The notes under the pieces: model-generated | What the model was told of the DNA's origin: nothing | Databases searched by the model: none | Seen by the model: the letters and a program-made list of their open reading frames with translations, nothing else | Shown: one piece after another, positions 49,372 through 61,579 of the stretch | Numbering within the stretch: position 1 is the first letter of the stretch | Layout: each line of letters begins with the position of its first letter | Translations under genes and position numbers: made by a program | Origin: Antedon mediterranea | Taxonomy: Eukaryota; Animalia; Echinodermata | Length of the DNA: 64,000 nucleotides | Assembly (NCBI RefSeq): GCF_964355755.1 | Contig: NC_092671.1 | Location: 19,654,001 to 19,718,000, forward strand | Reading direction: 5' to 3'

Positions 49372-50039
49372 TTACCTCCACCAAGAAAGTATGTAATCAA
49401 TCGGCATGTGTCTGTTTCGTTGTTTGTCGGTTTGTTTACAGGATTACTCAAAAGGTTATTGCAAGAGCTTTACCAAAATGAAAATACAGATAGATATCTA
49501 GTCAAGCACATTAAATTTCGGAGGCAATCCGGACCACGGTCCAAATACTGAACCACTTTTTAGTATTATTTTCAGACCTGCTAGTATTAAAATATGACAG
49601 AATTTTCAAAAGCCGGCGAGCAGTCTTAAAGTAACAATAAAATGAAATTGCATTTTCTCGAGAACTACTTGTCCAAAAAACTTCATATTAGTACAGAGGC
49701 AAGAGTTATAATTTGTGATTTGTAATTTTACAACATAATTTGATTAATAATGTACAGGTTGATACGAGTAGTTTAAAAAAAAAAGATTTCTTTTCAAATT
49801 TACTCGTTTGTTTTTGGCGTTCCTGTTTTATTATTAGTCCACTGAAACTATTAGTTAGTTGAAAGGCTGGTTACATAACCTTTACACCCAACTCGCACAC
49901 AAGCTTGTAGTGAAATTAGCCTAAATCACACACAGCATTAAGACACACACACAATATATATTTTTTTTCCCCGGAGAAATCTTATGTAGGAGAATTATAC
50001 AGTAGGCGGAGGTATGCACTCTCTGAGTGGCTTTCTAGT
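49372..50039 (+). mobile_element. HINE family A copy 2
   Basis: Colinear with 12686-13396 and with the same termini. Confidence 0.85.
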
Positions 50040-50992
50040 TATACAGTAGTCTTGTCTTGTTATATTTTTTATACTGGACGCATTATTCCATAAGCATAGG
50101 TAATTTACAAATTAAAATATTTTGTTGTTGTACAAAAATGATATGGAATGTTGTAGTTTTTTATTTGTATATACAATTTTACCGGACACTAGATAATGTA
50201 AAGTAAAAGAATCTTTATTATTGTATTGTGATTTCAAAATGCACTTCCGGTTTAGTAAAAATCTTTTAGTTTTCAAGTACACTTCAGGTTCTTTGAATTA
50301 AGTGCTTCTATTGAGGTCCAGAATTAAACTCTTTGTTAGTAATTATTTATAATAATAAGATTCTTAATCTATTTTCTTTACCTATTCAGTCCTCTCCCTT
50401 AGGAAATGCCAAATTTAAATAATAAAACACGTCTATTAAAATTATAAATTTAATACTATATACTGTAGTTAAGATCATGAGACTGCTTACTCTTAAGGTT
50501 ATAGACTGACTTTAATCTTGTTTACTTTACCAGTCCCTGACCAAGTCCCCTTATTTTACATTATAGTTTGTTGGTCAAATAAGTAAATGAAATGAAATTC
50601 TGTAAAACATTTTATGATTTTGTTGGTTCTGTCGTATGGTTTCAATTTGTAACAAACATGTCACTTTATCAGTTACTATAACTTCATCTAAATCATTTAA
50701 ATAACCAAATGTAAGCTGAGTCAGTTTGTACAGTAACATTTTGACAATGAATTTATTTTGGTTTATTTGGAATATGGAATTGGCAAAAAAAAAAAGAAGA
50801 TATCTGCCTGTTAAAGAGATCCTTCCACAACTCTGCCTGAACTTGGGCTCTTTCCTCATAAATCGTATTTTTGTGCAGTGTAGATATGCTCTCATCCTAT
50901 TATTTGAATATTGTACTTTTATAAATTTAAAGGAGGATGTTGCTTACACTGTAAGTTACAGTAATACTTTTAATGTGTAATCAAGTACAGTT

Positions 50993-51290
50993 GATAATCC
51001 GGTACGATTCGGCCCAGGATGATTTGGTAGGACAATTCGGCCCTCTCTTGGGCCGAAACGTTTCACTTTAGACAAAAACCAATGATTGCTAAAATGAATA
51101 TACATACATAATACATACGCAAGTTTATGCAAATAGTTTTCGGGCCGAATTTTCTGGGGCTAATACTAGTCCCAGGGTCAAATTTTCCTGGGCCGAATAG
51201 TCCTCGGGCCGAATTGTCTGGGGCTAATACTAGTCCCAGGCTCAAATTGTCCTGGGCCGAATAGTCTCAGGGCCAAATTGTCCCACTACC
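50993..51290. mobile_element. Short Mutator/foldback-like element with gggccgaat subrepeats
   Basis: attcggccc repeats on the left, gggccgaat repeats on the right, end ttgtcccactacc; no TSD seen. Confidence 0.55.
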
Positions 51291-51539
51291 TTTGCAAAGG
51301 CAGACAAAAAGGACCAATATCATAGGCGAGTACAAATTTGAGTTTGTAGCTACAGTAAATACCGAACGAAGAGAGTAAGATAGGCTAGGCCTAGTCTTCT
51401 AGTTAGGAAACATAATATAAATAGTCTTACTCTTTACCTAGCCTACATAGGAGGCCTACAGTACTGTATGCCTATTTTCACTCAGGCTTATCTGGGCCTA
51501 TTTCTATTATTTTATGGCTAAATATACGGTACCGTATTC

Positions 51540-51960
51540 TAACTTCCGGTTCTGATTCTGTGACTCAGCCCCAGGCCTAGACCTAGCAATGTTAAATCCA
51601 GAAGTTTAATAACGGGCGACAACAGCGATGCTGTAGTAATAGAGCAATAATGAGGCTAGGTTATATATAGTAGGCCTCTTCTGAAACAGTTTTCTGTATT
51701 CTAGAATTAAAATCAACATGTTTTGGCTTTCCAATAATAACAAACATAGGCTACATTTAGTTTTTGTCACACACGATGGCAATAATAGCGATAAATGAAG
51801 CATAAAGAAAATGTTAATAAGCGGTTGATCATGATATGAAAACAAATCCAAAGTCCTTACACGATGACGTCACACATGTACAGTACCACCACCCCACTGC
51901 CTGACTGATAATGACGTAATGCAATTTTACTGTACCTTTACTTTAGCAAACGGAAGTTGG
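51540..51960. promoter_or_regulatory. Candidate promoter-proximal cis-elements in ACVR2 intron 1
   Basis: Full CRE palindrome TGACGTCA at 51865-51872, TGACGTAA at 51912-51919, and ETS-like ACTTCCGG (~51542) and CGGAAGT (~51951), clustered just 3' of the putative first exon. Confidence 0.35.
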
Positions 51961-52109
51961 GATACGGTACCGTATCTTTAGCCACAGCGATTATTTTATT
52001 CATAATAATAAATATTAATTAGTTTTTATGTTGGTCAGACTATATTTGTTAGCCGTTCCGCCACTTGCCTAGCTCCTACAGAAAAAAGAGCGGCGCGAAA
52101 GAGCATCAT

Positions 52110-52330
52110 GCCTACCTCTAGCAGGCCTAGCCTAGGCTACTACTACTAGGCCAATAGTCTACCCTAGCTAGCCTAGCTAATAGTCTAGGCTAGGCTAGTA
52201 GTAGAGGCCTAGGTAGCTACTGTATTATTGTATTATTAGGCCTAGGCCCCTCCTCTAGGCCTCCTTCTTCTATCATGCATGATGCCGATGGCAATGGCAG
52301 GCGGCTAGGCCTAGCCTATTCGACCTGCTG
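52110..52330. repeat. TAGGCCTA/CTAG-rich tract
   Basis: Same composition as 23150-23320. Confidence 0.75.
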
Positions 52331-52389
52331 GGTAACAACAATTGATGTATTAGCATGGGCTAGGCTACCACAAATAGCCACAAACCTAC

Positions 52390-52540
52390 CTGATCTGTCT
52401 TCATAATTAAATAAAACACCAAACATAGTCTACTAGGCCTACTACTCTTGTCGAGAGTGTTGTACACATTCCAGGCCAATAACGTTTCTTTTTTCACCGA
52501 CGACACGACTGCTGCTTCCAGATCGACTGACTGCGTTTAT
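52390..52540 (-). other. ACVR2: Probable non-coding first exon of ACVR2
   Basis: Donor CAG|gtaggt at 52390/52389; Inr-like TCAGTC on the minus strand near 52525-52530; locally CpG-richer. Confidence 0.5.
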
Positions 52541-52849
52541 AACGAATATTTATCAATATGGCACGCCGAACTAGACAAATTGTTTAGATAAAATTTGTGT
52601 GTATTATAGTAGGAAAACATCGACAACATCTTCCTAATAGTAGCTTGAGTATGCCTAGCGGTATTAATTTTACTCTAGTATTAATTGTTTAATTGTTGAA
52701 TGTTTTTAAATCAAGGTCGATAAAAGGCTCCTTGATTTAAATGTCTAATGAACCAAAATTACCTTTTGTGCTTTTATTATAGTGTTATGGTATTTTACAC
52801 TGTAAACTTTTTCATTTCATTAACATTATTCATCAAAGAAAAATATCAT

Positions 52850-53715
52850 TAAAAAGAAAAGAATAAAATACACTAAAAGATTACAAGGCCATCAGCAAAA
52901 AGCTAAAGCTTGTACGTGGTTGATGACCTAACATAAAACAGTAAATACAATTTAAAAAAAAATTAAGTTAAAATGTAGGCCTACATATGAAAAGGTTACA
53001 GTAGTATTGGCAGATCTTAAGGCATACTTATTAAATAGATTCGACTTACATAATTTTTGGAATACATGATACATTTTATATATAAATTGTTCCAGGCACA
53101 AGGGCTCGAAACAGACTAGTAGAAACTATAGTCTTAATAAAGATGACTATTTAGTAATTAATATCATCATCATCAATTTTTAATAAATTTAAAAAAAAAT
53201 ATGTGAAAGAAAGGACTTGTTGGTGCATGATATTCAGACCAAGTTATAGCTCGTATGGATGTCAGTGTAAGAAGCATATGAAGTGAAAAATAATGTTACA
53301 GTAGTTGATGAGAGGTTGAATAAGTGGCCTATAGATAGATAGAAGAAGGGAGGGCACTTAAAGGAAGGTAGTGACGAATTTTAAAAAGTAAACTAACATA
53401 TTTAGACATTTTTTAAGTAGCGAGGTCAATATTAGTTTTGAAACAACTCTTATAAAACTTTTAGTGATTTGTTTGGGATATAGATTTATCAGCACATATA
53501 ATGGATATATTAACATTTTTACTTCTTTTAGTCCTTAAAATATAGACCTATTATATATCTATCCCATTTAAGAGAAAGTTTATTGCACCTAAGCAATTTT
53601 GGAGTTCAATTATCAATAAGAGTATTCAAATTGGAGTTTGATAAAAACAGATTTGTATCATCAGCGAATAAAGTGATGTTAACAATATTTGAAGAATTAA
53701 AAATATCATTAATAT
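52850..53715 (-). mobile_element. Decayed CR1/L2-type LINE, 3' part
   Basis: Minus-strand LFADDTNLF at ~53650-53675 followed by degenerate RT and 3' sequence. Confidence 0.6.
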
Positions 53716-53719
53716 ATAC

Positions 53720-55240
53720 AGAACCATGTAATATTACATGGACAAAGAAACCTGTAAAGTTTCTAGGAATTTATGTTGGATACGATAACAAATTATGTGA
53801 AAAAAAAACTGGGACGATGAGATTATTTTTTAGAAATTATCTTAAGATTATGGAAGAGAAGAAATCTTACGTTCTTTGGAAAAATTATTATAATTAAAAC
53901 TCTAGCCATATCTAAACTAATATACAATGCTAGCATTATAACCGTACCAAAATATATCTTGCCCAAGGTGGGAAAGACAATACATAGTTTTATGTGGAGT
54001 GGTAGACGAGAAAAGATTAAAAGAACCACACTCAATAGAAAAACAGATAAAGGTGGTTTAAATATGATTAATTTTAATGCAAAAGTCAAAGCATTGAAGT
54101 TAAACTGGGTTAAGCGTCTCCTTAGCCCAGATCCAGGAAAATGGAAATGTATACCTAATTATTTTATGCACCCTATTAAGTATACTGTTAATATCATTCA
54201 GATCTGAAACTATTGCCTGTTTTTTTATATACAGAAATGCTAATTGCTATAGTAAATAACTTTAACTGGTCTGACCCACAAAACATTGAAGACGTTAAAA
54301 ACCAACAATTGTGGGAAAATAAATGTATACAGTTAAATGGAAAGTCAATCTATTTCAAAGTTTGGCTAAATGAAGGCGTTAGAACAATGAATGACATAAT
54401 TAAGGAGAATTATTACCAATGAATGAAGTGTTACCATTACTATCACAGAAGCAAAATGGATTAATTGAATATATAGGACTAATGAATGCCATACCACAAT
54501 CGTGGAAGGAAATTATTTTGAATGGTGAACATGGAAATAATCAAACGAACACTGATTGCTTTTGGCTTCATACAAAACAACCTAATGCAAAACTACTTTA
54601 TAATTTATTTGTGGAAAATTTAATATCAACTCCTTTAGCACAAAAAAAATGAGAGACAGAATTTCAAAATTACACTTTTGAATAGGATACCGTATGGTAT
54701 AGGCTAACAAGGTGTTTTCTATGCAACAAATCACAAAAGTTGCCCAATTCAATTTCAAACTACTACATCGTATTCTTGCGTGTAAAAGTAAGCTAAAAAT
54801 TTGGAATCTTTCTATAAATGACATATGTGAAAGATGTAATATTGAAATTGAAAAACATTTGTTATTTTCATGTAATAAGATTAAACCCATATGGATTGTA
54901 TTTAAGTTTTTGATCTTGAACTGTTTTGTAGAAAAGATTGATATAACATGGCGTAATATTGTTAAAGGATCGGAAACGAAAACAGTAAATGAACTTACTT
55001 CAATATTTACTTTTTGCATTTATAAATCGTGTTTAGTAATAAGAAAAGAAAAGAAACAAAATCAGGAATCAAAAATAATTTAGAGATTATTTTGCTATGA
55101 ATTAAAGCATTTATTAACAACTGAATTTATGCATAATTTACATAAGGCTCAGAAGAAATGGACGAATAATTTAAAAGATAAACTATTAAAACTATCAAAA
55201 AAAGACTTGTTGGTAAGAATGTAATTATTTTATTGATTCC
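53720..55240 (+). mobile_element. L1/Tx1-clade LINE ORF2 C-terminal fragment (frameshifted)
   Basis: KFLGIYVG, FMWSG...KGGLNMINF...WVKRLL, FKLLHRIL...CERC...KHLLFSC (CCHC knuckle) across ORFs 53583-55083. Confidence 0.88.
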
Positions 55241-56706
55241 TTTTTTTTCCTTACCTTATTATAATGGATGTATATTAAAGTAAACTCTGTTTTTAGGCAT
55301 CAGTTATACTTAATGACCGATGACAGTTATTCAAATACATGGATGTGTATATGATATCCCGCTACATGAATCATTTAATCATTGGTGATGCAATATAATT
55401 GATGGCATCTCAATATAATCTGTATGTATTGGTATTTTTTGTTCTATATTTGCAATATTTATATTGTATACATGTCAATGTTATCTGCATGTATTTGTAT
55501 TTGTCTAATATATATATTTTTTCTATATTTGCAATATTTTATATCTTAAATACAAATTGTAAGTAGTAGTTTACTAAGGTGACATCGGGTATGAAGCGTC
55601 TCACATACACACAGAGCCAAAATTGCATCTTGGACTTGCACAGTGTATGGACTCTAACCTTACGGTTATCATTGCACGCTATTATTCTAAATATCTAACT
55701 TTCAAACTTTTGCATTCCTCTTTTTTCATTTCATCCCTTTTATCTTGGTTAATAGGATACTACTTTTTCCTCCTCTGAGTTTATAGCCTCTCTACTCAAA
55801 CACAAATAAGATCACAAATAAGATAGTTTAACGAGAAAATTTTAATCATCATGTATTTTACTGCCATTTCTCATTTTTAAATTTTAATTAAAATCGTATC
55901 TAAAATTTTAAATGAAAACAAATATGGTTAATACTGAATTCAAGCATCTTATGTAAATATACCAGTATTTTTAACTACTTTAAACACTTACTTGTAATTG
56001 TCACAAATGTACTTATATGTATTATAATATATTCACCAATGAGAATTTAAATAAACGTGAGGTGAACTCACACAAGACAAATAAAAAATTTATATGATAA
56101 ATAAAAATGACCCAAGAATACTGCCTTGGTGTATACCATAGTTGTTTACCTCCACCAAAGAGGTATATGTAATCGATCGCGTGTGTTTGTTTGTCTGTTT
56201 GTTTGTTTGTTTGTTAGCAGGATTACTCAAAAAGTAATTTCAAGATCTTTACCAAAATGAATATACAGATAGATATGTTGTCAATTTGGAACCATTTGGG
56301 ACCATGGTCCCAATTCTGGACCACTTTTTAGTATACTTTTCATACCTGCTAGTGTTAAATGATAGGACAGAATTTTTCAAAAGCCGGCGAGCAGTCTTAA
56401 AGTAACAAGTAAACTAAAATTGCATTTTCTCGAGAACTACTTGTCCAAAAAACTTCATTTTTTGTACAAGAGGCAAGAGTTATAATTTGTGATTTGTAAT
56501 TTAAAAACATAATTTGATTTAATGTGCACCTTTGTTTAAAAACCCTATTTCTTTTCAAATTCACTCGTTTGATTTTCGCGTTGCTGTTCTATTGTTAGTC
56601 AACTGAAGCTATTTTTAATTGAAAGGCTTGTTACATTATTACACCAAACTCGCATACACATGCTTGTAGTGGAATTAGCCTAAATCATACAAATATATAT
56701 ATTTTC

Positions 56707-56872
56707 ACTTGCACTGATGAAGGGCTAGTGTTGCCCGAAAGCTCTGCTAACTTTTCTGGCTGTTTTACTTTATCGTTTTGATTTAGCTTTTCGCTTTTTT
56801 TTGTATCTCCATTGAGATCCAGCCACTGATACCCACAGCATTCTCATTTGTTCAGTAATTTGCCTTTGGATT
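56707..56872 (+). mobile_element. Penelope-like (PLE) pseudo-LTR fragment
   Basis: Absent from sister HINE copies, flanked by an 11-bp direct repeat tatatattttc (56696-56706 and 56873-56883), and starts with a minimal hammerhead. Confidence 0.7.
56709..56749 (+). ncRNA. Minimal type-I hammerhead ribozyme
   Basis: gca CTGATGA a GGGC tagtgtt GCCC GAAA gc TC tgc: complete catalytic core, 4-bp stem II, short stem I, palindromic AGCT stem III. Confidence 0.8.
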
Positions 56873-56959
56873 TATATATTTTCCCGGAGAAATCTTATGT
56901 AGGAGAATTTTACAGTAGGCGGAGGTATGCACCCTCGGAGTGGCTTTCTAGTTTCTTCT

Positions 56960-57700
56960 TTTTTTAGTGGGATTGTTCGTTCAATCGTATGTTGGATTTT
57001 TTCAATGAACATATTATCATATTAGTGTCATTTGAGTCGTAAATAGGATTCCAATTAATTTGCAAAACTGTATTATTAAGATCATTAATGGTTGTTTGAT
57101 TTATGATTTTAATTGTTGTAGATGATGATGTGTTATGTGAAGGCATATTGAGATCATCTAAAATAATATAAATGGGATAATGATTTCTTTAATGGTTCAA
57201 GATAAAGATTTCTATAATTAGTCAAAATATTATTTATAAGTGTTGCAGTTGTTTCAGTTAGACGGATTGGATTTTTTTATTAATGGAAAGTAAGATGAAG
57301 ATTCAACAGTATCAATAAATGAGTTGGTGTTGGCTGTATTTTTACTAATATCAATGTTGAAATCGCCTAGGATAAAGCAATGTCTATTTTCTTTGACTCT
57401 ATGGAGGACCTTTTCGAGTTTATCAGTAAAATCAGAGAGTTAGGAGGGTGGTAAATAATACCAACCACAATATTTTAGATTTTTTAGCGATTTCAATGAA
57501 GAGTGAATCAGATATATTAGCATCTATAGTCAAGTCAGTTCGTAATTTAAACTTTCTTTAACGTATATATTTACTCCACCTCCCTCTCTGTCTTTTATGT
57601 TTTTTGTTTATCATATTATAACCATCAAGTTTATAATGATTAATATAGGTATTCTTCTTAATCCATCTTTCGGTAAATCTTAGAATACTATATTTATGAA
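56960..57700 (-). mobile_element. Decayed CR1/L2 APE endonuclease region
   Basis: Minus-strand GIIYHPP, ILGDFNIDI and INW motifs. Confidence 0.65.
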
Positions 57701-57879
57701 TGGACTAAATCCGAAATCTGTCGACTACGATAATTATGGTTTAGGCGATGTTAGAATTAAAAGTAAGGATGTCTTAATATATAGTTTACCAAGGAAAATT
57801 TTTTTGTGATTATTCCAGTTATTCCAGAGAGTGGTCACTTTGATCTGCATATTAGGCCTATCCCCTCCATCTATAATCA

Positions 57880-58090
57880 CTACTATTAGGCCTAATTCTC
57901 AAAATGACTTCAAACCTATTGCTGTCAGTGCGCATTTTATGAAACAATGGGATTCACTTCTTGATCCACATCAGTTTGCATACAAGAAGAATCGAGGAAA
58001 GGTGTAAATGATGCTAGGATTTCTCTGCTTAATAATACTTAAATCCATGCGCGCTCTATCTTCTTCGACTTTTCTTTGCTTTCAATATAC
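57880..58090 (+). mobile_element. Small L2/Rex1-type LINE remnant
   Basis: NDFKPIAV and LDPHQFAY motifs. Confidence 0.5.
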
Positions 58091-59419
58091 TCCACTTCGT
58101 TGAACTTCAACTTTTTAAAGTTATGTCAAAATATCGCATAAAAATGTGTAAGAATCAAGACAGCATTAAAAATATAAACAAAATGTTATAAAAAGTTTAA
58201 AATAGACAGAAATTAAACTGTTAGCAAATCTAGTTGTTTTAGTGACTAGTTCGTTTATAATTCTTAAATTCCTTTAGCGTTCAAATAAAATTCCGTCCAG
58301 TTCAAACATTGGATTTTTATAAAGTATTGTAGTATTATAAGGTATAAGGCCTTCAATGTTAGTCTTATAGGTCTAAGGCAGAAATCGATTGTTTACTAAA
58401 GTAATTCACCATTTTAAAAAAATTAAAGTTGCGGCTCTTTACAAGTGACACTGTTAAAAAAAAACAATCAAAAGATAATCGTTGAAAGAGTTGATATTGA
58501 CAACATAGGTTAGAGGTGATACACTCTGGCGATGAGGAGATATTAATCATCTATTACACGCTAGCTCCAGGGAATGGCTAATATTGATATCTTGGTGTCA
58601 ATTATGTATTACGTTTGATTGGATAAAGATGCATACAAAACTAAACCCCTCAAATAGTGCGAAATCAAGTATCACAACATCAAAAGTTCAACAAGATGAA
58701 AACAATTATTATGTGTTTATAACGACTGAATTATTATCTATGACCCTTTTGTATTTGACGATTGCAAACATTTTACACTTAATTTATTGCTGCAATCATA
58801 TTGTATTTTTCTGTCGTTTTCATAACCGTGTTATGTTGTTCGTTTGATGTAACTATATTACAATTCAGCTCTTTGGGCTGAAAGGCTGAAAGGCGATTTA
58901 AAAGGAGTTTCTTTTTATGTAATCGGAAATAAAATAAAAGGATAGAAAACAAATCGATATCTTGCCCCTCTCAAAGTTAGCTAATCATTTTTATTATTGC
59001 TATAAAATAAAATTCTCACCTAGGTATTTGCAAATTTCGTAAATGTATCAAAATACGAACATTCCAAAAAAAAACCCGCCCAAACATTATCATAAGCATT
59101 TCTAATATTTCCGCAATGCAGTTGTAATATGTAACGAACAGGATCGTAAAGTTGAAACAAAAATCAACCACTATAATGGAACAATTTCATAAACCACTAA
59201 CGTAACAATTACTGTTTAACCACTAATATAACAAACTTCATTAACCACTAACGTAACCAAATTTAACCACTAACGTAAGAACAGTAGAAAAAGTTGAGAT
59301 ATGTTTGAACTATTAAAAAAAAATTCTTGTAAGTTGGAAATCTTTGACTTTTTTGAAGTTCAGTTTTAATCCTGTGTTTTTTTACAAACCTATGTTTAAA
59401 TTTGTGAATACATACACTT

Positions 59420-59980
59420 TTCGTACGGGACCACGTCCTCCTGTAAAGAATCACCTCCTCTCGTAAGTAAGTCTTATTATAATCGATCACCTCTCGCAAG
59501 TGCCCCCCTTTTCTAAACTCACTTCTTATAAGGGACCCCTTCTCATAATTGACCACCTCTGGTAAGCGGTCATCTCTCTTAAATGACCACTGGTCTCTTA
59601 CGAGAGGTGGTCGATTATGATAAGCTTCCGTTATGAGAGGATATGATCGCTTAAGCGTTGTTCCCACTGGCGACGCAAAAAAGGACGTAACGCAACGCAA
59701 GTGAATTGACCAATCACAAGCGATGGCTTATTCGCTTCGCTTGTCATTGGTTAAAACGGTTGCGTTGCGTTTACATCCTTGCGTTAAGTTCTAGTGGGAA
59801 CCAAGCTTTACGAAAGGTGGTCGTTACGAGAGGTGTTTGATTATGAGAAGCTGTCCCTTAAGGGAGGTGGTCTCTAATGAGGGTGATCACTTACGATGTA
59901 TGGTTTAGGGAGGTGGTTTACGAGATGTTGATAGTCGTTGGTTGGAGAGGTGGTCACTTATGAGAGGTGGTCGATTAAGC
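59420..59980. mobile_element. GACCACCTCT-type MITE hosting a Harbinger MITE
   Basis: Inverted arrays of accacctct / gagaggtggtc. Confidence 0.55.
59654..59807. mobile_element. Harbinger-like MITE (154 bp)
   Basis: TIR agcgttgttcccactgg / ctagtgggaaccaagct; TTA TSD on both sides. Confidence 0.8.
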
Positions 59981-60204
59981 TGAAGAAGATTGAGAAATAA
60001 AACATTGAAGGATAAACAGACAAACGTTGTCAGTATATTAGCCAAAAAATTCATTTTAGGTAAATGTAACACCATTATTTATCCAGTTAAAGATAGCGGA
60101 CGAACAAACAGACAAACATGACTGAAACTCAATTCCTAGATTTCCAACTTTCAAAACAAAAAATATGACACGAGTTTTTTCTCCTATTGTTACGTTATCG
60201 TTAC

Positions 60205-61450
60205 ACAAGTTGTCAGTGTGAATGTTACCTGCTCTGAACTGAACCTTTATAGTTACTCATGGCGTACCGCAAGGTAGCATCTTGGGCCCTATTCTTTTTT
60301 TGTTATTTAAATGATATTGCTTCTTGTATTGATTCTGATGTTCAATTATTGCTATATGCTGATGATTCTACGATTCTGTATTCTCATCACGATGACACCA
60401 AAATCGCTCATAAATTAAGTATTGTCCTAGATAAGTGCAAGGACTGGTTAACTGAAAACAAATTATCTTAACATTTTGGCAAAACCGAAATTATTATCTT
60501 TGGTAGCAAAAGCGAAGCTTAACAAAGTTAAAGAGTTTTCTGTGGAATTAATGGGCCGTAGAATCAATCAAGCAATTTAGACCAATATGTATCATCTGAT
60601 ATTATTGCAACTAGTGTTTCAGTAAAGTTAAGTCAAGGTTAAAGTTTTTACATAGGCAAAGTTCGTGCTTGAATAAAAAATGTCGTAAACTATTAAGCAC
60701 TGCTTTAATACAATGTACATATTTGACTATTCTGCCTCGGCATGGTACGGCGGTGTCAATAAGAATCTTAAACATAAATTACGAACTGCCCAAAACAGGA
60801 TGGCACGTTTTATTTTAAATGTTGGTCTGAGGTCTCACATAGTAGGTGCCAAAGAGCTTTCCGATCTTGGGTTTCTTAATGTCAGCCTCAGAAATAAGTT
60901 TTTAAGATTAAATTATGTTCACAAAATTCGCTATAATTTTAATACGCCTTCTTTCCTTAAGGATAACTTTTTGTTAATTTCTGATCATTATAACCATTTC
61001 ACCAGGGGTAGGCCTACACCATTTAATTTTGTCACTCCTAAGGCTACTGGCGTTAATGATTCGACTTTTTATTTTTTAGGTATCCGTGACTGGAACAGGC
61101 TCCCCTATTCATTTAAATTAATACAAAACAATGCAACCTTCAAAATAAAACTTAAAGAATATTTTAATAATGAACAGCTTGGAATATCAGTTTAATTAAG
61201 TTATTTTTGTTATATTGTTTTTTGATGGTATTTTCTTGTTCTTTCCATTTTTACTGCGTCCAACTTAATCATACTTTGTACTAGGCCCAACCACATACTT
61301 TTTCAGTTAATACGGATTGGACCCCATTGGAAATAAGTTTAATTTTTATTTGTCGACTTAATAGGTTATCATGGTATTCTTTTTAAATATGTACATTGTA
61401 TATTTAAACTATTTTTATGAACATCGAATAAAATCAATCAATCAATCAAT
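60205..61450 (+). mobile_element. 5'-truncated CR1/L2-type LINE
   Basis: GVPQGSILGP, LLYADDST, FDYS..W, RDWNRLP; AATAAA plus (ATCA)n tail. Confidence 0.88.
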
Positions 61451-61579
61451 TAGTGGTTGATTTTTTTTAGGTTAGTGGTTAATGTTACATTAGTGGTTGA
61501 TTTTTGTTACGTTAGTGGGTAATACAGGCGTGAGGGACTCAAATATTCGTAGGTTTAAAAACGAAATACGTATAGACAT

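Larger units (their letters stand above)
56146..56952 (+). mobile_element. HINE family A copy 3, carrying a 166-bp insert
   Basis: Colinear with copies 1 and 2 except for extra sequence at 56707-56872. Confidence 0.85.

Noticed and set aside
59263-59700. 145-aa minus-strand ORF
   Set aside because: It crosses the boundaries of nested MITEs and is a chance open frame.
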